A stretch of DNA of 62,186 nucleotides, filler included, from Rhabdomonas costata (lineage: Eukaryota), in the NCBI GenBank assembly GCA_019059605.1. It is 32 parts of 32 records of this genome, joined end to end, with 100 filler letters (N's around TTAATTAATTAA, not from the genome) between each part and the next. Parts side by side here need not be neighbours in the genome. Positions count along the whole stretch, not along the records: positions 1 to 1,847 come from JAHMHO010008255.1; positions 1,948 to 3,795 come from JAHMHO010008256.1; positions 3,896 to 5,743 come from JAHMHO010008257.1; positions 5,844 to 7,691 come from JAHMHO010008258.1; positions 7,792 to 9,639 come from JAHMHO010008259.1; positions 9,740 to 11,587 come from JAHMHO010008260.1; positions 11,688 to 13,534 come from JAHMHO010008261.1; 25 more parts are not named here. The stretch is one strand, 5' to 3'. The notes below the pieces were generated by a model. The model ran no database searches. It saw only the letters and a list, made by a program, of their open reading frames with translations, and had not been told where the DNA came from. Position numbers and translations under genes: made by a program. Below, in pieces: positions 1-12,588 of this stretch (the stretch's first letter is position 1; each line of letters starts with the position of its first letter).

Positions 1-29
1 GTGGGGGTTTTCTCTTTTTCTTCTTCTTC

Positions 30-134
30 AGCTCCTCCAATCATCTCAAGATTCCTGTCAACAGTCTCCAGGAGCTTGCACACATTGACCCACAGCTGGG
101 TGTTTTCCTGAGCTCCCACGACCTCAGGGGTCAT
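30..134 (-). CDS. Probable exon of an unidentified protein
   Basis: Polypyrimidine tract plus CAG acceptor on the minus strand, then open frame MTPEVVGAQENTQLWVNVCKLLETVDRNLEMIGG running into the contig-end fold-back. No family recognised. Confidence 0.35.
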
Positions 135-1847
135 CTGGTTGAGGAAGGAGAAGTCGAAGAAGAAGAAAAAGAGAAAACCCCATTGGCCAAACCATATCTC
201 CTGCCCTTTACCACAGACCCAGTTCATGTCATCGAGTTCAGAGAAGGCAGAGCAGCAAAAAGTAGTGGTGGTTTGGTGGAAAATGGACTATGGCCTCTCA
301 GAAGAGGCTTGCGACAAAAAGCAAACTCTCGGAAAGACTGACAGCATAAAAAAGGCCCCCAGGCGTGCTTCCGCGTCGGTCTCGCCCACAACCAAATTAA
401 ATCAAAAATCCAATTTTCATTTTCAGGATACAGATGGAGTAACCGGTCTCCTTGCGTTTTTGCGTTGATTTCCGAGGAAAGAACCTGTGCGCCTGTGCAT
501 CCTTTACCAAAAGTCTGTTGCACCCGCCCAACACCCCCCGCATTTGAAAGCCACGCGCCTTCGCCAGGCTGGCCTGGGCCTTTGCCAGCAGGTCCGCCAC
601 GGATTTCGACCAATCCGTGGTGCTCCTTGGCAGCAGCCGGGCTGGGACTTGAGAGTGCTGGCCTGAAAGCAATCACCACAGCGATGGAAACGAAGAGCCG
701 ACAGACGGCAAACGAAAAGGCACTCCCAAAATAAAAAGTCAAAAGGGAATCACGAAAGGACGAAAGGAGTGGTCGTGATCGCAGTGCCATACCACTTTTT
801 GTTCTCTTTTCCACACGTACTTGGTCATTGGATGGTCATTGGATGACTCCCTCCAAGGCACCACCCTTCTTCTCCTCTCTCTCCCTTTGACATTCTGACA
901 TTCTTAATTCAATCTCTATTCTTCCGCAGAGACTTCTCAAGTTTCGTGGGCTTGCGGAAAGCAATATCTGTTCCGTGGTTCTGTTCCCTTTGTGAGCACA
1001 GGTCACAGCTGTGGTGCTGGTTTACGCCCTCATGAGGTTCTTCACAGAGAAAGTGAGGCTCACAGCTTTAGAGGTAGGTACAATTTGGAATAACTGTTAG
1101 ATGGCCGTGCATCCAACCCCAATTCATTCCCGCCGCAACCGTCAGTGCCCCATCCCCATTCCCCAGAAGTAGTGAGGAAGCCGTGAGTTCAAGTACCTGC
1201 GACTTGGTCCTTGACAGGGGGCTCGGCCCCAGAGCGACAACGGGCCGGGTGCCTGCTGTGGTGGTTGGGCAGCCCACTGAAGTAGTCATCTAGCTCAGCG
1301 ATATACTCATTGAGGATATCCCCGGTCAGTCCCTCCACGTAGCCCTGCGAGTCCTGAAGCATTGCGTATTCGGGCGCGAAATGGGGAAGCCTAGCTTTCT
1401 TGTGAAGCAGCTATTATGCGGTTGGCGCGGGCAAGGTGTCCGCTAAATGGAGGCTTTGACTTAGGAGTGTTCAACCCAACTGACGGGTCATTGGTCTCTC
1501 TGATATCGCTGGGTTAAGACATAGGTATGATGATCCCTGCCACAACTTTCCAGGACACGAGCAGGTCTTAGTGGTCTCCCTTGGGAGCTGCGCCCAACGT
1601 GGGCTTCGCAGCGCACCTTGAAAGTGGCGTGGACAAGACCGGTGACAAAGCGCCGGGAGTCCTGCGAGGGAACAAAATCCACGGACCACAGGAACTCCTC
1701 CGCCGTGCCCAGAGCCAATCTGGGGTTGCCCTGCCGCTCCGCGCTCTGCGTCCCACGCACAACCACGCAACGCAAAAACGGTGCCCATCCGAGCCAACAA
1801 TCACTTGAACAGTATTCTCTCATTGCTCCTTTTCCTGACCACACAAC

Positions 1848-1947
1848 NNNNNNNNNNNNNNNNNNNNNNNNNNNNNNNNNNNNNNNNNNNNTTAATTAAT
1901 TAANNNNNNNNNNNNNNNNNNNNNNNNNNNNNNNNNNNNNNNNNNNN
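1848..1947. other. Artificial contig spacer N44-TTAATTAATTAA-N44 (first of 31; others start at 3796, 5744, 7692, 9640, 11588, 13535, 15482, 17429, 19376, 21323, 23270, 25216, 27162, 29109, 31055, 33001, 34948, 36894, 38842, 40788, 42732, 44678, 46623, 48569, 50516, 52462, 54408, 56352, 58297, 60242)
   Basis: Identical 100-bp block every ~1.95 kb; TTAATTAATTAA gives stop codons in all six frames; contigs between spacers are 1844-1848 bp, consistent with a roughly size-sorted concatenated draft assembly. Confidence 0.99.
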
Positions 1948-2424
1948 GTGTGTGGGGTATTTATGGGATTGCATATAGGAAAAGACGTACGACCCTGGCA
2001 CAAACATGCCCTGCCTGGACTCCTGCCTCGTCGCCAAGGCCAACGCTTTGCAGAGAAAGGGACGAGCAGGTGTAATGGCATGCAGTGCAGTGACGAGTGA
2101 CTACGAACGATTGACTGACTGACGACAGATTATTGACTTTACTATCGCAGCATCAAGTCAATCTGCATCAGAAACCGGAGTGCGGCGGCGGTTCGTGGTT
2201 CTTTGGGAGTCGCCACATGCACTCTTTTGAACTGAGGGTAGATCGATCGGAATGATGGGCGCCAAGGTCCCCTACGGGTTCGGACGCTGTGGCATGTTTT
2301 CGAAGGCCACCTTCGAAGTCTCTCAAATTGACATTGCCATTGAGTTAGTCGCTGAAGCAGTTCATTCCATCTTTACTCATCAGCATATTGATTGCGCCTG
2401 TGTCTTATTTTTTGCTTGCAATAG

Positions 2425-3435
2425 GGCGGTGCCAGCACGGAGTCTGTGTACACCTGTTCTCGCGGGTGAAGTGGATGGAGTTGGATGATTACCAGCAGCC
2501 TGAGATCCTGCGCACCCCGCTGGAGGAGCTGTGTTTGCAGGTCAAGATGCTACAACTCGGTGCGTGTCCGTGTGTTTGTGTATATGGACGTCGTGGGCGT
2601 TGTTGGGTCGGGTTGTTGGGTTGGGAGAAGCAGCTTTCTAAGTTAGTCTTGTCTTTTTGTTTCGACCATTGGTTGCTCCATCACAGGCGGGATTCAAGAC
2701 TTCCTCAAGCATGCGATGCATCCTCCTCCGAAGTCCAGCGTGGATTTTGCGGTGGGCCTGCTGCAGGTCTTTGAGGAAGCCTCTTTTCCTGACCCAACTT
2801 TTTCCTAACCCAAACAATACTTCAACACTGGGCTCGGCTGGACCCTCCTCATAGGTAACATTTTCGTGATTCTCGGATTGGAGTGTTCCGCCACACTCAC
2901 TCACTCAATCACTCAATCGCATAAAATGGACTTTGGGGGGGGGGGAGTCTGAAAATATTCGCTGATTGTACTATGTCAATTTCGACCGTTTTGTAAACTG
3001 TTCTCTTTTTTGTTGTGTTATCAACCGCAATAATTACACTTATGCCACCACTTGTCGCAAAACCACAGAACCAAAGGAATATGGTTGTCATTAGTGAAAC
3101 AAGAACCTCTCAGAACAGCAAGTGATGGACTCTGTGGCGTGAGTATGCGTGGGTGGATGTGTGTGTGGGGGATATGTGTGTTGGTGTGGGTGTGTCATGT
3201 GTTTTTTGCGCCCAGGATATCCAGGCTCTGGACACCGAGCAGTGCCTGACCCACCTGGGCAAGCTATTGGCCTCGCTGCCGGTGCACCCCTTAGTGGGCA
3301 AGATGCTGGTTTTTGGCGCGATGTTTCGAGTACTGGACCCCATCGCCGTGATCGCGGCCTCGCTGTCCACGAAGTCCGTGTTCCTGCTGCCCTCGGACAA
3401 GCGCGGCAACGCCAACCAGGACCGCCGCGCCCTCG
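2425..3435 (+). CDS. DEAH-box RNA helicase (DHX36/DHX57-like), internal exons covering end of helicase C domain and HA2 domain
   Basis: Exons 2425-2559, 2687-2766, 3216-3435 with GT-AG introns in consistent phase give GRCQHGVCVHLFSRVKWMELDDYQQPEILRTPLEELCLQVKMLQLG-GIQDFLKHAMHPPPKSSVDFAVGLLQ-DIQALDTEQCLTHLGKLLASLPVHPLVGKMLVFGAMFRVLDPIAVIAASLS; PEILRTPLEELCLQ and LTxLGxxLAxLPVHP are hallmark motifs. Confidence 0.92.
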
Positions 3436-5878
3436 GTGCGTGCACACACACACACACACCCTCTGGATGGACTTCCGTGTTGTGGATGTGCTTGTGCGAG
3501 GTTGGGGATGAGAGCAATTCTTTCAGTGGCATGGCTTCTACCATTTTCCAAAGACGGCATGTTATAGCCATATGGCGTTGTGCAATCCGTGGGATGTACA
3601 CCGTTTCCAGCTCCCACGGATAGGAGCACGACACGAGCAGTTCGCACTGTGGTGCGAGTTTTTTGTGTGTACAGTGTAGAGTGAAGTTTTAGGATTAGGC
3701 TATGAAAATAATGGAGGACATTTCACACTGCAACAGCATAGGCAACAATCTAGAATTAAAATGCTATCGTTTTTTATGACGATCACACCACCCCCNNNNN
3801 NNNNNNNNNNNNNNNNNNNNNNNNNNNNNNNNNNNNNNNTTAATTAATTAANNNNNNNNNNNNNNNNNNNNNNNNNNNNNNNNNNNNNNNNNNNNAAATT
3901 TCCAGCGGACTTGAAAATCACAAAACACCTGGAACGGGGGACGGGGCCGAATCAGCAGAGCGCAGATGGCACAGATGGAATGAAAACATTTTTGTGTGGT
4001 GTTTCACAGTAACCATAACCCTGGGGCTTCGACATGGCAAATTCTTAATTCAGGTCAAGTGGTTCGAGTCCCAAAAACGAAGAAAAGCGTCACCTGCTGA
4101 GCATTCCGTCGACTTTGTTCTCAAGGACTTCGCTCTAGTTGCGATCCCGCCGTTCGCACTTGTGTGCGTTTGAGGGGGGAAAGAGGGGTGCTTTGTCTTT
4201 TTTTTTGTTCGTTTTTGTTCCTTTTGTTGGGGTTTGCATGTGGGTGGGTGGTTGCGGGCTTTCCGCTTGCAATGGATCTGATGGGCGCCCAGCCACACGA
4301 GAAGGTAATGTAAGGTAAGGTATATACATCTGTATGCGCTTGTGATTGTGCGCACCTGTCTCTCGTACTTTTTTCCTTCGGTTTCTTCGGAGAAGGGGGG
4401 TTTCCGTTTCTTTTCTTCCTTTCTTTCTTTTTCCATTGCCCTCTCTTCACTGACCACTTGACGTTTCACATGCCTTGCCTCCCACCACCCCCCGGCGGGC
4501 CCGCTTTAGCGCGGTGTCCCCTCCCCTTTTTCGTGCCGATTCGGGAAGTGCGCAGAGAGAGAGATGCAGGAGGACGCCCCCTCCACAGCGGTGGCGATGG
4601 GACTCGCTGCTGGCGAGAATGGTGCTCTCCAAAGGGCTCGTTGGTTGCTGTGCTGAGAACTGCCTTGTGCCGTGAAGCCCCCTTTTCCCCGTTCTTGGTG
4701 ATGTGGTTGCTTTGTAAGGTCTGTGATGGTGAAAGGTTTTTATGCGAGGGTTTTGAGGTTTGCTTCGCTGGTGTGAGCGATTGTCCCCGTGTTTACCGCA
4801 ATGTGCTTCCTGTGCCTACTTAAGTTGGTCACCGCGCAGTATCGGAAGAGTGTTTAGTGGAAACGCTGCGGTCTCCCATTCCGGAGATTCTTCTCGCGCT
4901 TGCCTTATGCTCTCTTTGGTGTTCTTGCGAGCGTCCCTTGTGTAGCTCGGCGGTTCTTCCCGGTTTGGTACCGCGCTGGCGTTGGTCGACCTCTGGTCCC
5001 CCCTCTTACCTTTTCTTTGTTGTGCTGCCCCACCAAGGTTTCGGTGGCCTAGACCTTTCCTCCAAAAAAATCAAAGAAGGAAATTCTTAATTTTTCTTGC
5101 GTCGCCTCTCCCAAAGACCTACGCTCACGCACGCACACTGCGCTCAACACATACTTTCTTTCCCTGAAAATGCAAGAAAAAAGCTGTGTGCGTCTCCAGT
5201 GCTGACTCCTTTTTCCTTTCACTGAGTAACTTCTTCTGTTTCAAAATGGAGGTTTAGGTGGGTTAATGAGCTGGACTCTGGGGAGAAGGAACCCATGAAC
5301 ATGAAACCCACCCAAAAGAGCCTGTTTCTGCTCGCGGAGATTTTTCAATTGCTTGAAGGATGGCAGATGCTGTAAGTTGCACCTCGCCATACGGGAAGGA
5401 GGAAGGTCCCAGGAAATATTTGTACGGAACCTGCTTCAGTTTCTACGTTTCTACGGCAAATGAAGGTCAGGGTTGGCCGTGGCTGACGTTGCGTAGCAAT
5501 CAATGGTGTTCGTGCTGCTGTGTTTGTGTCGCAGTCGTTTTTGTAGTTCCCCCGCGCACGTGCTCTCTCTCTCTCTTCTCTCACTTTTTCTTTCTCTTTT
5601 ATACGGTATTGCAATCCCACCCTCAATGTCCTCTGAGCTGCCCGCTGGAGCGACGACGACCTCTCAGCCCCACACAGGGGGCTACACGCGGCGCCGGCCC
5701 GCTCCCCTAACCCTACCCGTACCCTTCCCAGGGCCCACCACAANNNNNNNNNNNNNNNNNNNNNNNNNNNNNNNNNNNNNNNNNNNNTTAATTAATTAAN
5801 NNNNNNNNNNNNNNNNNNNNNNNNNNNNNNNNNNNNNNNNNNNGGGTTTGGGGACGAGGTGGGGGTGGGGGTTCATAC

Positions 5879-7424
5879 AGGCACAGCGCCGAGAATGCGT
5901 CCCAGTGCTTGATTTGGTGGTGATCCGAGGAAAGGATGCTCGCCCCGTCGACAGAGAAACATGCGGACAACACGGGCCCTGAATATGTATAAGTCCCCAC
6001 TGCAAAGAACAGCACACCATTGGTCCCAACTAAGTCGAGGGGACCAATGAGGAAAACAAGAGGATGCTCACCGTTCTCGTTCCAGCAAGAGCAGCTGGGC
6101 ATACCGCTAAACCGTTACTAACATCCCCCGCGCATCCAAGGCCCCACCTCCCGCCTGTAGCATGACAGAACAAACCAAAAGGGAAAAAAGCAGCCACTAG
6201 ACAGGTTTGCAGAGGTGGTAATTTTACATAATCAAAGGTGGTTCACTCTGTGATTTGGGATTCGAAAAGCAGAGTTTCGCGCACCTCCGTGCTCAGCAAA
6301 CGTGGTGACCTCGAGACCACTTTGGAGATCCCAAACCCTACAGACTTCGTCCTGGCACCCTGCAACGAAACCACACACCCATGCGGACAGAGAGAGGCAA
6401 TTCAATTCAATGCTGGAAAGACAAAAAAGAAAGCCGCTCTCATGCAAGAGGAAAAACCAGCACCCTTCCGAAATTGAAATGGCACAGTTCTCAGGGAAAT
6501 TCTACGAAGGGGGAAGCGAAAATCCTGACCCGCTTGGGTGGGTCACAACGGCAAATGAGGGGCAGGAAGTTTGGAGAAACAGTGATTTTGAGGGGATGGG
6601 AGAAGAAGACAAAGATCGTCTTTCTTGGTTTCAACAAGTTCTGCAAAAGTTCGCATATGCCTTTTGGAATCTGGTATACCAATGCGTGGACAGAAGTAAC
6701 CACTTCAGTCCAAAATGGTGGGGGTAGCAAAATTTTAAGCTGCTCTGAGATTTGAAACGAAACCTCCTGCAAGCTCAAATAGTAATCCGCAACACACCCG
6801 ATACAGCATGTCGGGCGTCAGGAGAAAAACAGCAGCCTGCGCGAAATGAACAGATTAAACCAGCGAGAAGGGGAGGCCCACTGCACATACAAAACACCCC
6901 GGGGCCCGCTTCGGCTTCGCCCTCACATCAACCAGCGAGAACCAAAAGATAAGGGGTAGAACCATTTGAAAAAACATCTTGGGTCTCTCGGCTAGCACAG
7001 GGGAAGCTTTTGGGGATTTGTATCGCCTGTTCAGAAAATTTTGCTTTCTCTTCCCTCCACTGTCCTTACCACACTCATGTCCTTCAATATCCCCTTCTTC
7101 ATTATTGTTATTGTTGTTGTTGTTGCTTTGCTCAGCTTCAAACCAAACGAGCACAGCTGATGAGCTTTTTTCTTTGATTTCTCGCAAAAAAACGATGAGC
7201 CATATTGTTTGAAGCGCAATCTCCACAGGATGATAGAAAATAGAGAGAGAAACAAACACAGGAGATAACGAACGTACAGGTCACGTGCATCTGATGTTCA
7301 AAGACATGAAGCTGGGAAGCAGTCACCACATCCCAAAGGACCATTGCCCCGTCCCGGGAGGAAGTTAGCATTCTCGACGCGTCCGGGTGCGACACGCACA
7401 CACAGGACACACAATCGCCATGTC
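5879..7424 (-). CDS. WD40-repeat protein, four internal exons
   Basis: Exons 7424-7278, 6836-6798 (39 nt), 6359-6285, 5978-5879 splice in frame: GHGDCVSCVCVSHPDASRMLTSSRDGAMVLWDVVTASQLHVFEHQMHVTCCCFSPDARHAVSGCQDEVCRVWDLQSGLEVTTFAEHGGPVLSACFSVDGASILSSDHHQIKHWD; about three GH..WD repeats. Confidence 0.9.
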
Positions 7425-7791
7425 CTGAGAAAAAAGTCAGAGCAGTGACGATGAGGAAGAGCAGCACCAGAGCAAACGTTCCCGAAGTTGAATCAGTACC
7501 AAATTTATAATGGGGCTCTCTGTTGCCTTGCGACTACATTCAGCACCGTATTTTTTCCAGAAGAAAACACAACGCCTTTATCTTCACGGTAGCCTTTGAT
7601 CCTTTGATCCTTTGAGTCTTGCGGAACCGAAATTACAGTACAAATAAGAAGGCGAGTTTCGTCCAGAAAGAAGAAGGGCGAACCACCCCACNNNNNNNNN
7701 NNNNNNNNNNNNNNNNNNNNNNNNNNNNNNNNNNNTTAATTAATTAANNNNNNNNNNNNNNNNNNNNNNNNNNNNNNNNNNNNNNNNNNNN

Positions 7792-8953
7792 CGGCGATCG
7801 CTGTGGCCACAACGTAGCCCTGCCTGCGGAACTCCGCGAACACGGTGTGGTTGCCCACCAGGTGCCGGTACGCCGCGCCTTGGTTGTGGGCCGAGCCCAC
7901 TCCGACCTGCGTGGAGGGATGGCGGGCGTTTTACCCCCTCCTCCCCTTCCCAGCACCCAATTGGGTGGGGTAAGTGTGACCTTCTTTTGTTTTGCTCTTA
8001 TGTGTGGACCGGGGACAGAAACCGACTGCGCCTGCCGCTCTTTCCTGTTGCTGTCAGGTGCAGGTTTGCTTCACTGAAGAAGTCTCCCTTTGTTTTCTTG
8101 TCTTCTCGGGCGTTTGCGTGTGAGGCAGCTTGAAACCAATCACACCTGCATAAGAGAGAAATCACCTCAAAAGGAAGCGCCTCAATACAGGGTCAAAACC
8201 ACTGAGTGCATGGTAGGGATCCCTTCTACTTCCCGACCTTGGTAAGCATTTCAAGGATCCCATATTGCCACCATCCACTCAATTGACATCTGGGGTGAGG
8301 GGTCATTCCTCACCTTGAATCAAGCGTCATCGGACCTGCGTTCGCCCACTCCCCAACAGCAAGAAGAAAACAAAGGGCAGAAATAAATCCAATTGACCCC
8401 AAAGGAGAGGCTGTAGCGGTTCAGAAAACCTTGTTTTTAAGTTTAAACAACTTACACTGTACCAGTCAACCAAACCAAAACCTACAATGAGCATTAGGGT
8501 TGGTGCTGCCACTACAGCTCTTGCTATGGCAAGGAGATGGGGTTGAGGTGTTGTTGCCGTTCGCTCTGCAGTTTTGAACAGCACTTAGCCTGTTGCGAAG
8601 CCATTGTGCAACCATGGCGACTTCCACAACCTGAGACAGCAGCAGGGCGAGGACGGAGGTGAAGGATGATGGGGAGGGGGCAATACCACGCGGAGCCCGC
8701 AGAAGTCCAGCACAACAAACCGGGGGTCCCCCCGCAGCTTTTCCAGGAGAGCAACCGTTGCGGGGAAGACGTTGGCGCGGCGGAAGTGAGTGGCGGAGAC
8801 GCTGTCCAGCAGCAGAGAAACCACGCTCCACCGCTGCTGCTGCTGCTGCGGAGAAGGAGGCGATGGGGAGGCCCCGCCCTCCTCCCCTGTGACGCGATTT
8901 TCGCCTTTGCTGGTACTGCGCATCGCGGCCCAGGCACCACCACGAGGGGATCC
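7792..8953 (-). CDS. DUF229-like (alkaline phosphatase/sulfatase superfamily) protein, partial
   Basis: Exons 8953-8687 and 7906-contig end: SVVSLLLDSVSATHFRRANVFPATVALLEKLRGDPRFVVLDFCGLRV|VGVGSAHNQGAAY resembles the DUF229 pattern hhhhDSxSxxxFxR..P.T...L...F.G...VG.NS.PN (recalled, not searched). Confidence 0.6.
7976..8145. repeat. Dispersed ~170-bp repeat, copy 1 (copy 2 at 49815-49964)
   Basis: Collinear shared blocks TGTGTGGACCGGGGAC, ACCGACTGCG, CGCTCTT, TGCAGGTTTG, CCCTTTGTTTTCTTGTCTTC, AATCACAC on two unrelated contigs. Confidence 0.85.
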
Positions 8954-11699
8954 CTATGAGGCGAGCAGTCCACCATAAGGCCACAGCAGGTTTTCATGAG
9001 GCGACCGGGTCTTCTACCAGTTCTTGGGTGCACCGCCGTTGGCGCGTTTAAACTTTTTCATGCTGGCAGATGGAAATCGCGAAGGCAACTTTGTATGGCC
9101 GTGGGTATTATGCTTACCAATGCGTTTAAAATTTCGGAACCGACCCCTGGCCGAGCGCACATCCATACCCACAAAAAAGTATACAACGGCATAAAAAAGT
9201 GGCTCAAAGAAAAACATTTAGTGTGAAATAAAACCCTTCACACACACACACACACACACCGTGGAGGATTGGAAGAGCTCGTCCCGGAGAAGAACTTGGG
9301 TGAGAAATGTCTGCTGTGAGCCGCATGACACCACCACACATTCATCCTGAAGCACCCGGTCGGAGATAGGGTGGACCTCCTGGCGCTTCAGGCAAGGCGT
9401 CCTGGCCAAAGGAAGAAACCTCTCCCAGGATCAGACCGATTATGCTTTTTTTCTGTGAACCTGATTTGGCGCTGTGCTTCTGTGCTTTGTATTTTTTGCT
9501 TTCTGCTGCGGAACAGCCTAAGCTTCATCAATTGTACTTTTGTTTGACGTTTCTTGTTTTCAAAAGAAACCTGGTTTTTGTGTAGTAATGTGCAGAAGAA
9601 AAAGTACAATTGATGAAGCTTAGGCTGTTCCACAACAAANNNNNNNNNNNNNNNNNNNNNNNNNNNNNNNNNNNNNNNNNNNNTTAATTAATTAANNNNN
9701 NNNNNNNNNNNNNNNNNNNNNNNNNNNNNNNNNNNNNNNGGGGTTATGGAGTGTGCATTGTGTGATTGGGTGGCCTCCCTTGCGCGTTCCTTTACCCTTC
9801 CTGGAGAGAATAAGGACCAACGGCATATATACACATCGCTCCCCACACTGAGCCGCACGCCCCAAAGTATGGGTTATGGGCGGAATGCTTTTTCGCTTTC
9901 CAGCTCGTTCCCCATGCGCAGGTGCTTGTAGCGTGCGACTGTTTTCGTGTTCGCGCTTACCACTTAAATAGAGCAGCACAGCTTCCCGCTGGTCCTTTTC
10001 CTCACCATACTTTTCTGGATTGCAGCTATAAAACCCCCTTACGTAGAAGTGCGCACCCTACTTTTCTTCCTGCTTCCAGGATCTGGGGTATAGTTTTTGA
10101 ATTCTTCGTGTGGGATGAATGTAATGATTGGTTCTCCACATTTTCGACCACCCCAAACGTAACCGTGCCCGTGTGTGTGTCACAACTTATGTGTCCACAG
10201 TCAGAGAGGGTCACCATTGTGCGCAAACAAGGTGTCAAGTGCTGAGCTTGCCATCCAGATCTCTTCCCCGGCTTGTCTTGTTTCCGGGTTAGTTGGAAGG
10301 GCACTTGCTAGACAGACTCGAACAAACAAACACAAGTGTCCCTGAGGCAAGGAAGAATTCGTGCGTATTATGTGTGTGCCCACGCGTGTCTGCCATTCCT
10401 TCCCCTTGCCCTTTTCTTGCCTTTCCTGTTGCTGTTGCCCTCTTCCCGTCCTTCCTTTGCACATTGCTGCGGTGGCACCTGCGGGTTTGGGGCAATGAGT
10501 AGCGCAAATGCCGAGAGGGTGTGAGGGAGAAAACCTGAGCTTCGGATCTCCTCGGCGTGTCCCGTGATGAACCCCCCACCTTTGGGATTTGGACCCACCG
10601 AAAAGCAGAGCAACACGGCCTCCCTCATTTCTTTACGAGAGTATCCCCACACCCACCCGCACACCCACCCACCACACGTGCACACACACATATTTCCAGC
10701 ATCCGTTATATATTTGGTTCTGATTTTGGGAAGAATGCAATGATTGGTTGTGGAGTGAGCGGTGCAAAACGTGGATCGCGGGAGCTTGTCAATGCTAGTT
10801 GCCACCTTTCGCTTCTCTCAGAGCGCGGCGTGTGGCCCGGAATCACCTGTGTCACTGTGCTGTACACCAACCCCGTACCCTGGACCCTTTCCCCACGGAA
10901 GTCCACCTCTTCCCGCTCACTGTTGATGGGCACTTTTCTTCTTTGCGGTGTGGTTTGTCCACCCAAGTGGTTCCTCGCACCACCACTGCATATTTCACAG
11001 AATAGAAAGGGATGAGTGAGTGAGAGGGGTGATTTTGTGATCAGGTCACCTATCACCTGCCACCCGACCCGGCGTCACCCTTGGCAAGAGCTTTGTGCGC
11101 GTCCTTTCCCGGGCTCCACCTCCTTCGCAGTGGCTCTGTGGCGAGGAATATATGCTTTAGGGAGGCCGTGCCATCTGGTGGTTATATTGGGACACACCGC
11201 TGTGTCCTGCCGCTTTTCTCCCCACCCACCTCACCCTCACCTCTGCCCAAACCGCATTCCCAGGAGTCGCAGGAAAGCAGATGACGCGGTGTTTTAGACT
11301 CCGTGCTCGTTCTCTTCTGTACTAGCTTGTCACTGGGCTCACTTTCTCCACTGTCTCCAAGGCAGGGTTTTCTGGCTTTTGCGTCCCATCCGCCGCCCCG
11401 CCGAAGAGTTCTCTCTATACTCGCTTGTCCTTTACTTGAGGCGGGCCCTCACTCTCCTTGTCTGTTTTTGCGACAGTCTGCCGTAGAAAAGTGCTTCTGC
11501 GTTCCTCTTTCTAGCCTCCATCACAGTCCATTTAGAAATCGACGATTCGCTGACCTTTATCTGCGGCACAACTCACCACCCCCCCCCNNNNNNNNNNNNN
11601 NNNNNNNNNNNNNNNNNNNNNNNNNNNNNNNTTAATTAATTAANNNNNNNNNNNNNNNNNNNNNNNNNNNNNNNNNNNNNNNNNNNNTCCCCATCACAG

Positions 11700-12588
11700 G
11701 AGGATTTCCAGCTGGGCTCGGTGACCAAGGAAATCGCGCAAAAGTTCCGCGAGCGGGGCAAGCTGCAGGCGCTGGTTCGCTCCGTGAACCGCACCAAGGG
11801 CAATGTGCGGGCGAAGCCCAAGCTGCAGAGCGTGGTGAGCCCCCCTCACTTTCTTTTGTCTTTTGGTTCGGAGACGTGTGCGAAAACCAATCACACTTCA
11901 GATGTTCATTCTTCCTTCAATTTGTTCTATTTCATTCTTCATCTTATCGTCAGCGTTGGGAAAAGAATTTTGGAACGCTGTCGCGTCACTGACACGTGGA
12001 TATCCACACGCGCATGTTCACACAGCAGGTGTTCTTGCAGCAGCATGGGTGATTATCGCAGCACAGCCAGCTTGCTCGCAAGAGGCTACCGAGAATGCCT
12101 CCACGTAGGCGCTCGGGGACGGGAGACAGACCTGAGACCTAAGCTGCTGGAGGCATCGGAAAGGCGGGTGAGAAGAGCAGAGCGGGATCCGTCCCTGCCA
12201 ATAACTACGCGCGAGCAAGAGACACGAGAAAAGTGCAGTGGCGGTGAGCCGGCACCCTCGCGGCACCCGTGTGAAAGGGAAGGTGAGCGCCCTCTCCGGC
12301 AACAAGCGTACGCGCCACACCTTTCCGCACTTCCACTTTGTTACTCCTTTCTCTTTGTGCTTGTGTCTTTTTCCATCACCTCTGTCACCCCTTCCTTCGT
12401 CACAAAAGGCCAACATTGCCCACATGAACCGTGCCGGCCTGGGCGGCAAACGTGGCCGCTCGGCGGATAAGCCCGCCTTTGCGGAGGACAGGCTGCGCGC
12501 CGCCAGCAGGATGTCCGCCCGCACGGCCTCCTTGAAGCGGGCACGCTCTGTCTCCGTGGATGCCCGCAAGGGCCTGAAGAACGTCCCG
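11700..12588 (+). CDS. Basic Lys/Arg-rich protein fragment, possibly C-terminal region of nucleolar GTPase NOG1/GTPBP4
   Basis: Exons 11700-11834 and 12409-12588 with GT-AG and strong GC3 bias: EDFQLGSVTKEIAQKFRERGKLQALVRSVNRTK...KRGRS...RARSVSVDARKGLKNVP. Exon status is solid; the NOG1 identity rests only on recalled resemblance (KRGRS, RxRSxS..GLxxV). Confidence 0.45.

Noticed and set aside
4054-5465. Possible exons of a DENN-domain protein (RKYLYGTCFSFY)
   Set aside because: Only a short motif, and the exons cannot be joined convincingly.
6855-7259. Poly-Asn ORF (SNNNNNNNNEEG) as a WD40 exon
   Set aside because: The 39-nt exon at 6836-6798 completes the WD repeat cleanly without it; the AAC run is more likely an intronic microsatellite.
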